Assembly (NCBI GenBank): GCA_977030845.1
Contig: OZ365116.1
Span: forward strand, 2,976,001-3,040,000
Direction of reading: 5' to 3'
DNA: 64,000 nucleotides
Origin: Fimbriosthenelais zetlandica
Lineage: Eukaryota
The translations under genes were made by a program, and so were the position numbers. Positions 50,786 to 64,000 of the stretch are shown one piece after another. The notes under the pieces are model-generated. The model was not told where the DNA came from. It saw nothing but the letters and a program-made list of their open reading frames with translations, and ran no database searches. Each line of letters opens with the position of its first letter. Position 1 is the stretch's first letter.

Positions 50786-53226
50786 TTCATTCTACAGTGT
50801 CCTTGGTTGTCTCTCGCTCCCGGATGTCTCATGAAAGTGTTGGATGGTGGTTGGATCTGGAATAACATATCTACAATGGTACAACTGGATATGAGGAAGC
50901 CTTTGATAAATACAAATAACGTTTACAATTGAGTGAAATATTACATGAAATGATGAATTCTGAGTTACGATCCATTTCTCATAGATTATTATCCTGATTT
51001 GGCTGGAATTTTGTCTGGGGTTTTTTTAAACCATCAGAAATGAAATAATTTTTCATTTATTCGTCGACAGATGATTTTTACTTCCGAAGCCATTAATAGG
51101 AAGGAAGCTTGGTGGAATGACCACTTTCATTACATTAGTCTCCTTTATGCGGGGAGAGAGGGACTGGTTATGATGGGAATTGAATGACAATGAAACGGTG
51201 TTCACTGAAAATGTAACATGTTTTTCCCCAAATAGTAATCATTTATCATTTTGTTAGGCGATCTTGAGTTATTTAAGAAACGCTTCCCAATATAACTTGT
51301 AATTAAAGTAGTTTATGTCATGAATACCACTTTAGTGACATCTTGACAGTCACAGTTGAATTCAGAATTAAACCAGACCTACGGCAATTCGATTGTACAG
51401 ATTCTTAACAAACTTCTTCCCAAACGGACAGTGGAATGGCAGTAATCCGTCAAATGTGATGGTCGGCTGGCATGTGTCTGCTTGAGGAATGAGAACATTT
51501 AGCAGTCCCAATGGTGCCCAGATTGGGTGATTGATATGACTTGTGTCAGACAATTAGTCAGAGGTCAATAGTCTATTCTCTAAGAAACCGTCCCATCAAG
51601 TGCGGACTATCACTAGAGTAGACTCCACATAGCTCCCCGCAATGGTCTGTAGAACGAGACGAGAAGGACATCTATATGTAAATGGTTCACCAGGTTAAAA
51701 ACTTCACTTTCCATCTAGCTTGACTTTGCTTACTGGTAAAACACTAAATGTCTGGAAGGAACTTCTCCCTCCACGGTCCTATATACTGAGCTGAAATGCC
51801 TGTAGCTTAGCAATGCCTACATATACAATAGCTAATTGACTTATTCTAATTTATAATGAAATCCCTTAGCTGTTCTCAGTCGAATTGCATTCTCTATCCT
51901 TAATACTTTAATATGTAAGGAAAGGATCCTACAATTCAATCTAATATATATTTATACTTTAAACCTGATACACAGCAGTCAATATATTATAATGACCAAG
52001 GCTATGTTCATCATTTCTGACCATAGAACTATATAGTTGTATGACCAATACTGACCAGTAAGGTTAGATGTAGGATGGCCTATTACCAGCTCTATCCTGA
52101 GTTATACATATCTCATTATATGTTCATGGAGGGACGCACCTATACATTAGAGCATCTTATAGAGTGCTCATTTTGAGTCGCAACCCGCAATCTCCCATCC
52201 CGACCTCCGTGCTCACGGAACCCTTTGAGTCTCTATAGGCATTCAATATTTCATGTCACTGCCCTTCCCCGCCCAGCGTCCATCCTGATGGGCAGCAATG
52301 ACCATCCCACCACCCCTCATTCAATCACATGAAGTCTGGACAGACCATCTTAGACGTGAAGGCTGTCTACCTGAGACACGGTCCAGATGGACGGTTCAGA
52401 TGGGCGGTCGTCACAATAGTTCAACCTCCATAATGCTATAATGTCAACCACAGTTAACGGTCACATCTGGGGTCCACAGTGACTCATATTTGGTGGTAAA
52501 TGTGTGTTTTGCTAAGGTCATCCAGGGTGCAAGCTGCCTTGTATTGTTCACTGCTGCGTGACTCTCCACTGATCCTGATTTAGCCTGGGGATAAGGGACC
52601 ATTACACCAACAATGGTCTATACTGACCTACCGAGGTGGAGGTGCTGACAAATACAGTGTTAAAATATTCACTTCACCATTATTAACTTATTAGCACCTT
52701 TCAATATAATATTCATTGAACCTAATTGTTTTGTTTTGGTTCAGGTTAAGTTCAACATCTGGGTTAACAAATGCCCCACTATAGTAAATCTCTGGTAATG
52801 TGCCCCTGTTTCTGCTCAGTCAAACCAAACCCAGAACCGATGGTCATTTAAGTGACCGTGGGCGGATTTACTGCTATATAAATGACATTTATGATGAACT
52901 ACAGAGGCAAAACATAATATATACAGATATGGGTTAAGTATTGCATTATAATGTTGCACCTAACAGCAGTCCCGTACAGCATGAGACTAGCAGGCAGGAT
53001 ATCAGTGGATATCTACCAATAAACGACACAGATCACCAGAGCACCTTTTATTGGGGTTGAGGTTTTGTGGTCGTGGTGTGATGGGGGGTGGGGGGCAGCG
53101 AAATGAGCAATAAATGGCGGTGTCCTATACATTTAACATGAGACGGCCTTATCCGGCCACATCATGATACTTCTGTACTCTCATTAGATTATACCTGAAA
53201 TACAAGCTTTAATCTGGGCCTGTTAA

Positions 53227-53272
53227 AGCTATTACATGACTGATAATGTAGCTATTACATGACTGATAATGT
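53227..53272. repeat. Perfect 23-bp tandem duplication
   Basis: agctattacatgactgataatgt repeated twice. Confidence 0.85.
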
Positions 53273-53584
53273 AAACTAATAACTTCATCATTTATTCATT
53301 AAACATCTCTAAGCGGGTATCGAGTATATTGCTATCTATTAGCAAGATTACTCCTTCCTTTAACTCTACCCAAGCTCATAGTTTTAATCTCTGATATTTG
53401 CCACCTGACCTTGCTTTCCATTGATTTCAATAATTACATTAGGATTCATAAGATCTGATCATATTTAACCTCACTTTATTAGAAATGGTTTTCAATTAAT
53501 GCTTGCAGAATTGTATGGCCACATGTGAATGTAGACATAACTTATCGACTATCTGAAATCTTCAAAAATAAGAATATCTAATAT

Positions 53585-53825
53585 TTGTCAAAATATACAG
53601 ATTCAGCTGAATTAGAGAGCTCGCATTCTAGTCGCATTGAATGGCGGCTTGTCTATTTTAGTTGTAATCACTTTCTCTCAGACTCTCTGGTGGATTGTGA
53701 TATGCAACTCATGGCTTTCAACCAGTTTCTCTCTCCCTCTCTGAACTTTGTGAATAGACAAAGCAGACTTGACAGAAGATATTGGTATCTCTGAGCGTTT
53801 TTACTATGGGGAGTTTGATTTCTTA
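53585..53825. mobile_element. Dispersed repeat copy forming the left flank of satellite array 3
   Basis: Homologous to about 1611-1835 (see above) and runs directly into the satellite array. Confidence 0.75.
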
Positions 53826-55112
53826 GGAAAACCTGAGCAAAACAAGAGCTATACTGCTGGGAGAATTGTCAGAGAATACTGAACGACAAAGAGCTATACT
53901 GCTTGGGGAATTGTGTTAGATATACTGCACGAAACAGGGTCGATACTGCTTGGGGAATTGTATCAGATATACTGCACGAAACAGGGTCGATACTGCTTGG
54001 GGAATTGTTATAGGAAAACTGCACGAAACAGGGTCGATACTGCTTGGTGAATTGTTATAGGAAAACTGCACGAAACAGGGTCGATACTGCTTGGGGAATT
54101 GTTATAGGAAAACTGCACGAAACAGGGTCGATACTGCTTGGGGAATTGTTATAGGAAAACTGCACGAAACAGGGTCGATACTGCTTGGGGAATTGTTATA
54201 GGAAAACTGCACGAAACAGGGTCGATACTGCTTGGTGAATTGTTATAGGAATAGTGCACGAAACAGGGTCGATACTGCTTGGCGAATTGTTATAGGAAAA
54301 CTGCACGAAATAGTGTCGATACTGCTTGGTGAATTGTTATAGGAATGCTGTACGAAACATGGTCGATACTGCTTGGTGAATTGTTATAGGAATACTGCAC
54401 GAAACATGGTCGATACTGCTTGGGGAATTGTTATAGGAATACTGCACGAAACAGGGTCTATACTGCTTGGGGAATTGTTATAGGAAAACTGCACGAAACA
54501 GGGTCGATACTGCTTGGGGAATTGTTATAGGAAAACTGCACGAAATAGTGTCGATACTGCTTGGTGAATTGTTATAGGAATGCTGCACGAAACATGGTCG
54601 ATTCTGCTTGGTGAATTGTTATAGGAATACTGCACGAAACATGGTCGATACTGCTTGGGGAATTGTTATAGGAATACTGCACGAAACAGGGTCTATACTG
54701 CTTGGGGAATTGTTATAGGAAAACTGCACGAAACAGGGTCGATACTGCTTGGGGAATTGTTATAGGAAAACTGCACGAAACAGGGTCGATACTGCTTGGG
54801 GAATTGTTATAGGAAAACTGCACGAAATAGTATCGATACTGCTTGGGGAATTGTTATAGGAATACTGCACGAAACAGGGTCTATACTGCTTGGGGAATTG
54901 TTATAGGAATACTGCACGAAATAGTGTCGATACTGCTTGGGGAATTGTCATAGGAAAACTGCACAAAACAGGGTCGATACTGCTTGGGGAATTGTCATAG
55001 GAAAACTGCACAAAACAGGGTCGATACTGCTTGGGGAATTGTCATAGGAATACTGCACGAAACAGGATAGATACTGCTTGGTGAATTGTCATAGTTATAC
55101 AGCACAAAACAA
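53826..55112 (+). repeat. 47-bp satellite array 3 (about 27 copies, degenerate edges)
   Basis: Same unit and orientation. The centre is homogeneous and the monomers at both ends are diverged. Confidence 0.95.
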
Positions 55113-55722
55113 GTTATGCAGCTAAAGGTGTGTTTAAGTATATAATGGGTGTACCTGAATGTACCCGTCCTCACTCTTGTAATGTCTATTAGATCGTAAT
55201 ATCCTTTTTACTCACATTGACAATGGTCCTGTCCATTATCTATAATTATCACCACCACAGCTGGTTTTACCTCACTAATTACTTTGCTAAATATGTCTTA
55301 GGCATTTTCCCATTATCATCACTGCCTCTTTCTATTGTCCACAGTCGGGGAATAGTAATGAAGTATAATGATATTCAAATGAGGTGAGTTCATACATAGG
55401 GATGATTGTAGGAAATGTCCAGGTATGAACATTCTCAATGGACGATCAGTGTCCACATGACGTATACGTGGTATTTGGGGTGATATATGTGGCTGTTATT
55501 ACATAACGCTGGCGTTATTCACGCGTTATTCACTCATCCGGTGTATTATGGAATGACTTGTTGTTTGGATATAAACGGGGAGTTGTCAGTCGTCAATCAC
55601 TTAGATCCTACCACCCAAGTACATGTAATTATATTCACTAATATTCTGCCTTCTTTTACCCATGATCATTTTCTTTCTATCTCTCTCTTTGTTTCTGTTT
55701 CTCATTCTGTCCCTCTTTTCCT

Positions 55723-55892
55723 NNNNNNNNNNNNNNNNNNNNNNNNNNNNNNNNNNNNNNNNNNNNNNNNNNNNNNNNNNNNNNNNNNNNNNNNNNNNNN
55801 NNNNNNNNNNNNNNNNNNNNNNNNNNNNNNNNNNNNNNNNNNNNNNNNNNNNNNNNNNNNNNNNNNNNNNNNNNNNNNNNNNNNNNNNNNNN
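55723..55892. other. Assembly gap (170 N)
   Basis: Run of N, entered from a CT-rich tract. Confidence 1.
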
Positions 55893-56089
55893 ACGCCCTC
55901 ACTCCCTCACGCCCTCACCACCCACTTTTATATGTTGTATCTAAGTGATCACCTGGCATTTCTCTGCTCTGGCCTTGAGAGATTACGTGCCGCTCTGTGT
56001 CATATTTGATTTTGTTATTTGTACATCCTTGTTCTCCTTCTCCAAAGTTGTTTTAATGCCATAAAAATCATGAGGATCTTCTCGGCAAA

Positions 56090-56345
56090 CAATGTTTCTG
56101 TGAGTAATCTGATTGAATCTTCCCATGCGCTCTTCTCATAGTCAGATATAATGAATTCTCTTGCTCTTATCATCGGCTTTTGCTTGTCACGCATGGAGGA
56201 AATGTTAAATTACATTGAGGCGTAAGACAATGGTGAGAAGGACATCTACCATATACCAAGCAACAACTCTTAATCATATTCCAACTCCTTCAGGCAAATG
56301 TGCTTAAGGAATTGAAGGCTGTGTATTCGGGATTTAATGATGTTT
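56090..56345 (-). mobile_element. Decayed non-LTR retrotransposon, post-RT C-terminal fragment
   Basis: One frame with internal stops reads KSRIHSLQFLKHICLKELEYD*ELLLGIW*MSFSPLSYASM*FNISSMRDKQK. This resembles the LINE pattern RLxFLKxL..WG.D...L...Y....RPxLEYAS.VW......D.QKL. Confidence 0.45.
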
Positions 56346-58914
56346 ACCCATCCTTTCTCAGTTTGATGTCTGACTTTGCTCGGTGTATTTGGTCACCAAT
56401 TACTTGTAGATAATGCATACACGTGTATGTAAGGACTGTCTTTAATTGGGCACAGTCTCAGACATAACTGGAGGCTGGATGGGTGATTGTTTGAGCTTTG
56501 TTTAGTCCTAACACACCAAGCCAGAAGATTATGCACATTTCTACCATTCCATCTCTATGTTTGGCAACAAACAAAGGAACAAGATAGAAAGTTTGCAGAT
56601 GATATTAAAAATAAGCAATGAGACCCAGATAATTATGGAAATGTAATGAGATTGATAAATCATCTGTGGGTTGGGTTGGTTTGGCCTAGTTTAAAGGAGG
56701 ACTCCACTGCTTGTGACATTCCGCTTGTGACATATGTCCCAAAGAACCAGTGTACCAATGTACCAGTGGGTGAGGGGCGGTATGCCTTTGACACTTGCAC
56801 CACGATTTATAGATATTATTGCCATATGCTCCAATATAACCAGGGATTTCTGTAGGCCCTTTCTGCAACTGAAGTGTGCCTTGCTTCAGCTACAAAGCTA
56901 CAAGCCCAGGCTTTCCCCACATCACTTCCAAGGCTTATTATTTTTCTATTGTGCCAATTAGGGTAATGAATGGTTTGGAGTAAAACCCCTCAAGCGCTAA
57001 ATAAACAGATTTCCATTTTAAATGAGGCAGGGTCTTGTGAGGGTTTACCGGCATAGAATGTGAAGGATTAAGTGGAGTGGGACTATCCCCTGGTTCAATA
57101 CCCACCGGCAGTTCAAGTGGAAGTGTACTATCACAGGAGACAGTTAGAACAAGAAACCATATATCGCTTTATGTTTCTTCTAACACAGCATCCGTCTCTG
57201 TAGAAATGGTCCTATATGGTGGTGGGGACTGGGGGAGCAGGGAGGCCATATTTCAGATGAGCGCAGTTAGTTATTTTGTACTTTGCGTCTCCTGCAGGAA
57301 GCTTTCAGAGCCTCTGACCAACTGCTCTTAAGACCCTTAAAATCCCGGGAATTAAAAAGTATTCCCCATGGAGAGCCCTCAATGACAACAAGATTGGTTT
57401 CTTTTAAGAGTGGCTCTTTAAGGTTTCACGTAAAGCACTCAGTTCATGCTGGTACATTTAGACACTAACTGTATATAGTTTAGTATTGCAGAGCAATTGA
57501 AATGCAATAGCAGCGAAACCTTGCTGGGGTCGCGCTCTGCCCCTTGGTGATCTTTAATGATATTTGAGGTAAATTTGTGAGAACCTATGCTTGCAATACA
57601 GTCTGTGTCGATGAGAGAAAGCGGAGGAAATATTAGATATCTCCCCCATAAAAAGATGGCCTGTATATAAGCTGATGGCATCTCGGTCAAATACCGTCAA
57701 ATACCCAGTGACCCTTTGCCATCTGTCTCCTATAGAATACTAATGAAAAGGACATAGTCTTGGTGGAGGCTAGATGGGAGGTTAAGTCAGGGAACCTTCT
57801 GGCAGACACCCAGCCTAGCCTTCCCCCGCCTGCCCTCTCTACTAGAACTTTCTGCCCTTGCCAACACCAATCTAGCCTCTTCCTCTAAGCTTGCATGAGT
57901 TGTAGGCAGATCCAGTCACTAGAGTGTAAGGCCATGCCCTTATATCCCCTGAGCTCGTCTTTAGCCCTCTCTATATCCTTCTAAAGGCCTTCCTCTTAAA
58001 AAGCCAACAATATATTAGCAGGATTATCATTTTTATGCGGTATATCTTAGTTACAACAATCCATCCCCAAGCCTAAAACTTTTTCAGTTTTAAATCAATC
58101 AAATTTTGAACTTTTCTTATGTAAACAACAGCGAATGAGTAAGGTATATTTTTGAATGTGTAGCATTATATAATATACATACCCCATTCATGAGTAGAAG
58201 CAGACTGTTGGCAGAAAGTTTTCATTAAAGCCTATATTTCATCTATAGTCAAGCTTCATTACATTCTGTTCACACCAAAACTTGATGCCACCATTTGCAT
58301 CCTGAACAGTTTTTTTAATGTTGACAATAATTTTCTCACCACCAATCTAAAAGCTCATTATTTTCTCTCTATTGTGTCCCAATCAAATAAATAAAGATTT
58401 GTTTTCTAAAGAGGAGAATTTACGCCCTATTTGGCTGCATCTATTCTGTTATTGTTCATTGTCTCGGCTGGTCGTGGACAGATCATGTTTCCCTGTGCTG
58501 TCTTCGACCTGTTAGGCAGACTTCCTGTTGAAGTTGGCAGCTCGGGGGTCGTCTCGATCAATCCCTCATGCCAGTGTGGGCAAAGATTGTCATGCTTTTC
58601 TTATTCCCTACAAGTTATGATCCCTCCTCTAATCAATGAACATGCTGCCAACTTATTGATGAGAGGAGAAAGACGAGAGTCGAGACCGGCACAGGTGGAG
58701 GGATTACCTTACAGCACTTGATGCTGGAAATCTTCTTATATGTTTGCTCCTAAATCATTGATTCACATCAAATTGCACAGTCGCTGTTATTTAGAAATTC
58801 TGCCTTTCTGATGGGGCTTTTAGCCAAGTAGTTCTGTTTGAGTAAAGGTTCACATTTCCACTGAATCTCCCTAATATCCTACCTGATTGTAAAGTTGAAA
58901 TATAAGATAAATTC

Positions 58915-59095
58915 CCATTTCCTTCTTCTTCTTTGCCTCCTTTCTTTCTTGCTGTCCTTTCTTTCTTGCTGTCCTTTCTTTCTTCCTGACCTTTCTTTCT
59001 TTCTGTCCTTTCTTCCTGTCCATTCTTCCTTTCTGTCCTTTCTTCCTGACCATTCTTTCTTCCTGTCCATTCTTTCTTTCTGTCCTTTCTTTCTG
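58915..59095. repeat. CT-rich degenerate microsatellite (ctgtcctttctttctt-type units)
   Basis: Direct reading; it explains the K/R/E-rich and F/L/S-rich ORFs at 58871-59170. Confidence 0.85.
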
Positions 59096-62000
59096 AGTGT
59101 GGACTCCATTACCATTACACCCTAACCTTGCTGGCTTGATTGGCCTTCTCCTCCTCTTTGTACCTTTCACCGTACATCAAACCACTTGTACCATCGTTCA
59201 TAACATGCCTCTCTGACGTCTATCCTGACGTCTCTATAAGTCCACCTACGTCATAACCTCCTTTACCTTCTGCGACATCCATAAGAAAGGTATTCATTTT
59301 ACGCAGTTCCCATTGTAAATAACGCATGGTCTTACTTATGTTTCTTTCTCTATGTCCTTTGATTAACCTTTGTAAAAATCACCACGGGATGTTCCTGTCA
59401 GGAGCTTCTGTTATCAGTAACCTGAGATTCTATATCCAGCTTGCTGCGCTGCGAGGCAGAAATCTTATCATAAGAATTGACAACAGACTCTAGAAAAAAA
59501 CACACACCTTCAGTGTAAAGGTTTTTTTCTCATAAATGAATATCTAAGTTCTTTCATGATTCTTCTTTCTAGTTGCAAAGATTCTTGTAAAAATAATGAG
59601 GTAGATTTTAAGATATGGATTAGTGATAGGATGAGTGAATGGAGCGCGTGGGATGATAAAGTATATAGTAAAACCTAGATTAAAGCCCGTATGTAGACGG
59701 ACTCTGTCTCTGTAAGGCGCATTCTCTATCTAAGCCAGTCCAGATTACACCATTAATACACAGTCTAAGATTATTAAAGAGAAGATGAAAAAGTGTCTTC
59801 TTTAGTGTCAGAGGTTTTTAAATTTCTCCATCCATCTTTACCAATGCTTTCATGAACCTCGACAAGGAAATGACAGTTATGGTGGAACTTTATTTAATAG
59901 ATTTTTTCTTTAGAACGATGGGAAAATTGAACCTGGCCACTTCCACATTGAGTAGATTATTCCCCACCCATCCCTCTTCCTGATGGAGCACCTTTTCCCA
60001 TGTTTCCACATGTACTGTACATTATTCCCCTGCCTCCCCTTTCCCCGTTCCACATCTCCTCGCTGGTGTTTACATAATTTCGTCTGATCCTTCTTGGAGC
60101 TCTATATTTATGCCTCTGACGCTTCCAGTCCACTCTCCGAGGTTGGAACTATTCCACAGTGGTTGTGCCTCATGTGGAAAAATACACATAAAGGGCTAGT
60201 CCCTGTGTTCCCTCTAGTCCCTTTGGTCCTGCCCAGTAAAGGCTAACCAAGAAGAGTTCATTTTCCTCCTGCTCTCTCCGACCCAACCCTAGAGAGACGG
60301 ATATTTCATCTTCAAAGAAGGCTCCCATGCACCGATTCTTAATTCACTAAGTCTGAATGATTGGCAATCTTTTAGATGGTAAAGGCACGAGGAATATTGG
60401 ATTGTTGTTTTTACTCCAGAGTCATTTCTGAGTCTATCCTTTTATGGGATAACTTTAGATGGGAATCAGTCGGGGACTTGTTCTGCTGCTTTATATTTAA
60501 TCAAAGAGAAAAGCGTTCCGGGATGGTGGATTTGGTCCCTTTCCTAATGGTCCTATTTGCCTGTACGATATTTTACCACACACTTTAGTTTCTCTCTCTC
60601 TCTCTCTGTCCCTCTTCCTCCATCTTTCCACTTTCCCCCTCTCTTTCCCATTCTCTTTCCATCACAATTTTCCGTCTTGTCTGTGTCCTTGTGATAATTT
60701 TAATGTGAATGATGGAAACAGCCAAAGGCTGGCCAATAACGTACCATTTGTCACCCTCAGATTTCCTGCATATTTTTGTGCACTTTACTGGTTTTGAATG
60801 TGAAATGAGTTTGGCTGAGAGGCACAACACGAGTCCTTCATTAGAGTACTGATACTCTGCTACCTGTGCCATTACTCACAGCTAATTAACAGTCTTAACT
60901 GTGTCCATTATCATAGTAATTATCTCCTACATCATTGTGGTCATTGTTGACCACCAAGTCCGGCTTGACCGGGGGTTACATGTCTTCTCTCTTTCACACC
61001 GGATGCGATCATTAGCCATTGACCAGTGCAGCTTGCCCTCCACATCTATCACCCCCTACCACTGTCCCGGACCTCACTGCAGCTTTTCTTATTAAAAGTA
61101 CCATTTATGATGCACTATATTGCCTATGTATGCCTCTTCATAGTCCACCTTTTTGCACCATGAATATGGGTAATTTTGACTATATATTCAATGTTAATAC
61201 AGTTAAGGCTACTTGAGTAAGTGGTTATCTCCGCTATATGGTCCTCATCCTTTACACAGTGAATGATTATATAGACCAGTAAAAACTGCCCTAGATGCTT
61301 TATTACCGTCCATACATTCATAACCCGAGGGGGGCAGACATTCAGTTGAGCTGGAAGCCATTGTTCGAATGGCAGTAAACTACAACAGAATGTGTTTTCA
61401 TTTAAAGTTCATGTTGAAAATGACTTTCGAGAGCATATATCATTTTTTTTAAGAATTTTAAGAATATAAAACTTGTTTTGGTTACTGCCAGGGGGCTCTT
61501 TCCGTTTAACATTATTACCTGACCGTTTAAACTTACTTTATTGCTGAGGCAATGAAAGCTGCGCGAAATATGATGGGAACCTTCATTCTTCTTACTCTAT
61601 ATCTTATTGTGATGGTATGTATGTGAATTGCAGAAAAAGTTGTGTGAAAAGAAATAGTTACTTAGTGCTGGAAAAAATCTGCTTTTGGGGATTTGACACC
61701 TTAATGCTTACTGATGGGGAATAATTTACATTGATGTGTAACATAAAACATTATCCAGAGGACGGGGATTGTAGTACGTACAGAATGAGAGAACAAGGTG
61801 GGTCCTATGTCTCATGTCCCAGGCTGAAGCTTTCTGCAATAATCCCACTGTCCTAATGTTTAACGCCAGTTACTACTCGTGCGATTTTCCATGTGCGACA
61901 AGCTGGCCATTGTATAACAACGCTTTAGTCTATGGTTATACAATGGCCAGGGACAGTGACACCTATATCACAATGAAAAACTAATAAGTGGAAGACAGCA

Positions 62001-64000
62001 TTTAGGACTTATATCGGAAATTACTGGGCACCGCAGCTGTGAAGAACCAAAGTGACCGCTAGCAAGCCCATCAGATTTTCTAATCGAAACGCTTAGCGCT
62101 CTCGTAAACCACCCTAGTATGTTCCCGCTATCATGATTTGGCGGGCTATGTCTCCCTCATGGGAAGCTGATGTAGAGGGTCTTGTGATGGGTTTGTTTAC
62201 AAGGTTTTAATCCGGTGCTTATCTCATGTTACATGTGACCAAGTACATGAGATTATATCCACATCTGTCACAGCTATACATCGCTTTATAAATGTAATCC
62301 TGGGTATGACTCTTACACTGCGGATTTATATGCGATAAACCATTGCGGAGAATTGAACATTTCCCCTTTGGTTTCAATTAAGTTAATCTTATATCTGTAA
62401 AGCTAATATCCACCTGCCCCTCTTTGCCTGCTATAATGGTGTTTTAATATAGAAGTTTGTAGAAGTTTGAATGTAGAAGTGTGATCATTTTCTGTCCTCA
62501 TTCAGACCACCGCCGCACACCTGTTTCAATATGCCATTAGAAATCATCCAGCCAGCAGCACCGCATGAATTACTTTGACTAATTAACTTCACACTCCATT
62601 AATTATTCCTCCAAGCTTCACATAACTCCCTCCTACTTCTATTCAAACGAATAATTACTCCGCTCTTTCCATTTTGCGTGAATTAATCAATTCAAATTGA
62701 TCTTCTGACGCCCAGACGCCTGTGTCTTTATCAATTGATACGAGACTAACTCTTGAATTCATAGCCTAACTTCATTGTCATCAAATGTATTAGTTGAATG
62801 TCAGGAAAGCTTTTCTCTATTGACAGTTATCATGATTCTTTATTTTAGGGATCAAATGAGGCACGTGATGATTTGAAAGACTTTGTCATGTCCTTGGTTT
62901 AATCCTATTTACTAATTACAGCTTGTCTGTGGCAGATGAGTGAGAGAGAGAAAGCCCGACAAAGACTCCCATTCACCACCGCTCCTCCCTTTCTCACGTC
63001 TCATATAAAGTTCTGAGGAGATTTTTAGATTTCATTGTTGGATTAATTTTTCGTAAATCAATCCTCGGGAAGTAGAGCTAAGTCAGAAAAAACACTAACA
63101 ATATTTCTAGTCGATATTTCAGATTGAATTAAAAATTATTTAATGGCAATTTAATTAAATTTTGAAACGGCAGCTTCAATTCAGAGGAGAGTAGAATTCC
63201 CTGGAGTTATTTTGGGGGTTAATTTACTATCCTATCAGGAATAATAACATGATATTTCGTAATTGAAAACTGATTTTGTTTGATTGCATAAGGATATTGA
63301 TTACTTGGTGTAAATCTTAGCTTTCCCCGAAGGAAGCTGAAGAAAATTTGTCGTCTTGTTCTACACCTTATGGCATCATAATGCAACATGTCTCTATGAA
63401 ATCTTTACAAAAAGAAGATTATTCAGGTGACTTTCTGATGGATCAGAGATGGCGTTAGAAACCCTGTTTCCATCAATGTCTGAGCCTGATAAATGTGTAA
63501 AGGTGGAATGTCCCGGGGCTGCCTCAATCCAAGCACATGGTGTAAGATCCGTGACTAAACTGAGCAACCAGTCCTTGTTCCTACTGTACCGTCAGCCTAT
63601 GTTAACTCGGCGGGAAGGTTTCTAGGGAATACATTGGAAAACAGCCCCTCAATAGACTCACTTGATTGATGGTACATGAGCTGCAATTCTGATTTCTGTT
63701 ACCAAATTAAATTGAAGTTCACAAGGACCTTTTCCTGATAGATATTCTCTGCTCAAAGGACCACTTCTGGTGCTCTGTTGATTTTTGTCTTAAAATTTTT
63801 GTTTTCTGAGTAAGTAATGGGGAACTTGCGCAGAATGAATAGATTTCGTTGTGAAGTTGTGCAGGGAATTCCTAGCTTAACTTAGACAATTGGCTTCCTG
63901 CAAATTGAGCCAGGTAAAAGGTCCATTGCTGTAAAAATGATAGAGATCTGAGAGCAGTGAGAGGTGGTATAGACCATTATTTGAGAGGTGCTCGTTTGCT

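Noticed and set aside
8966-55112. 47-bp arrays as CRISPR arrays
   Set aside because: The units are head-to-tail with no unique spacers, there are no cas genes, and the context is eukaryotic.
55487-56009. ORFs spanning the N run
   Set aside because: Artefacts of translating an assembly gap.
58871-59170. K/R/E-rich and F/L/S-rich ORFs
   Set aside because: Translation of a CT-rich microsatellite.

Overview
This is animal (non-prokaryotic) genomic DNA. It is AT-rich, repeat-dense and contains one 170-N assembly gap; an invertebrate, possibly lophotrochozoan, source is my inference from the receptor family and SINE style. The only well-supported protein-coding gene is a class A (rhodopsin-family) peptide GPCR with an intronless CDS, of the FMRFamide-receptor-like group (minus strand, 27442-28809). 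It has NRY in place of D/ERY, lacks the canonical TM3-ECL2 disulfide, and is preceded by a 5' UTR segment holding four uORFs. The rest is intronic or intergenic. It carries three co-oriented arrays of one 47-bp satellite (about 9, 16 and 27 copies) plus an apparently unamplified progenitor near 1.9 kb. It also has 33-, 27-, 25- and about 35-bp minisatellites, four PIF/Harbinger-type MITEs in two families (all with TAA TSDs), tRNA-derived SINEs, and decayed LINE fragments. The most interesting signal is the 47-bp satellite. It sits inside a dispersed element whose flank weakly resembles a Penelope-like GIY-YIG endonuclease, and two arrays show independent higher-order duplications (7-mer and 5-mer). 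No CRISPR or prokaryotic system is present, and almost all other ORF-track entries are repeat or low-complexity artefacts. All alignments were done by eye; no database searches were run.
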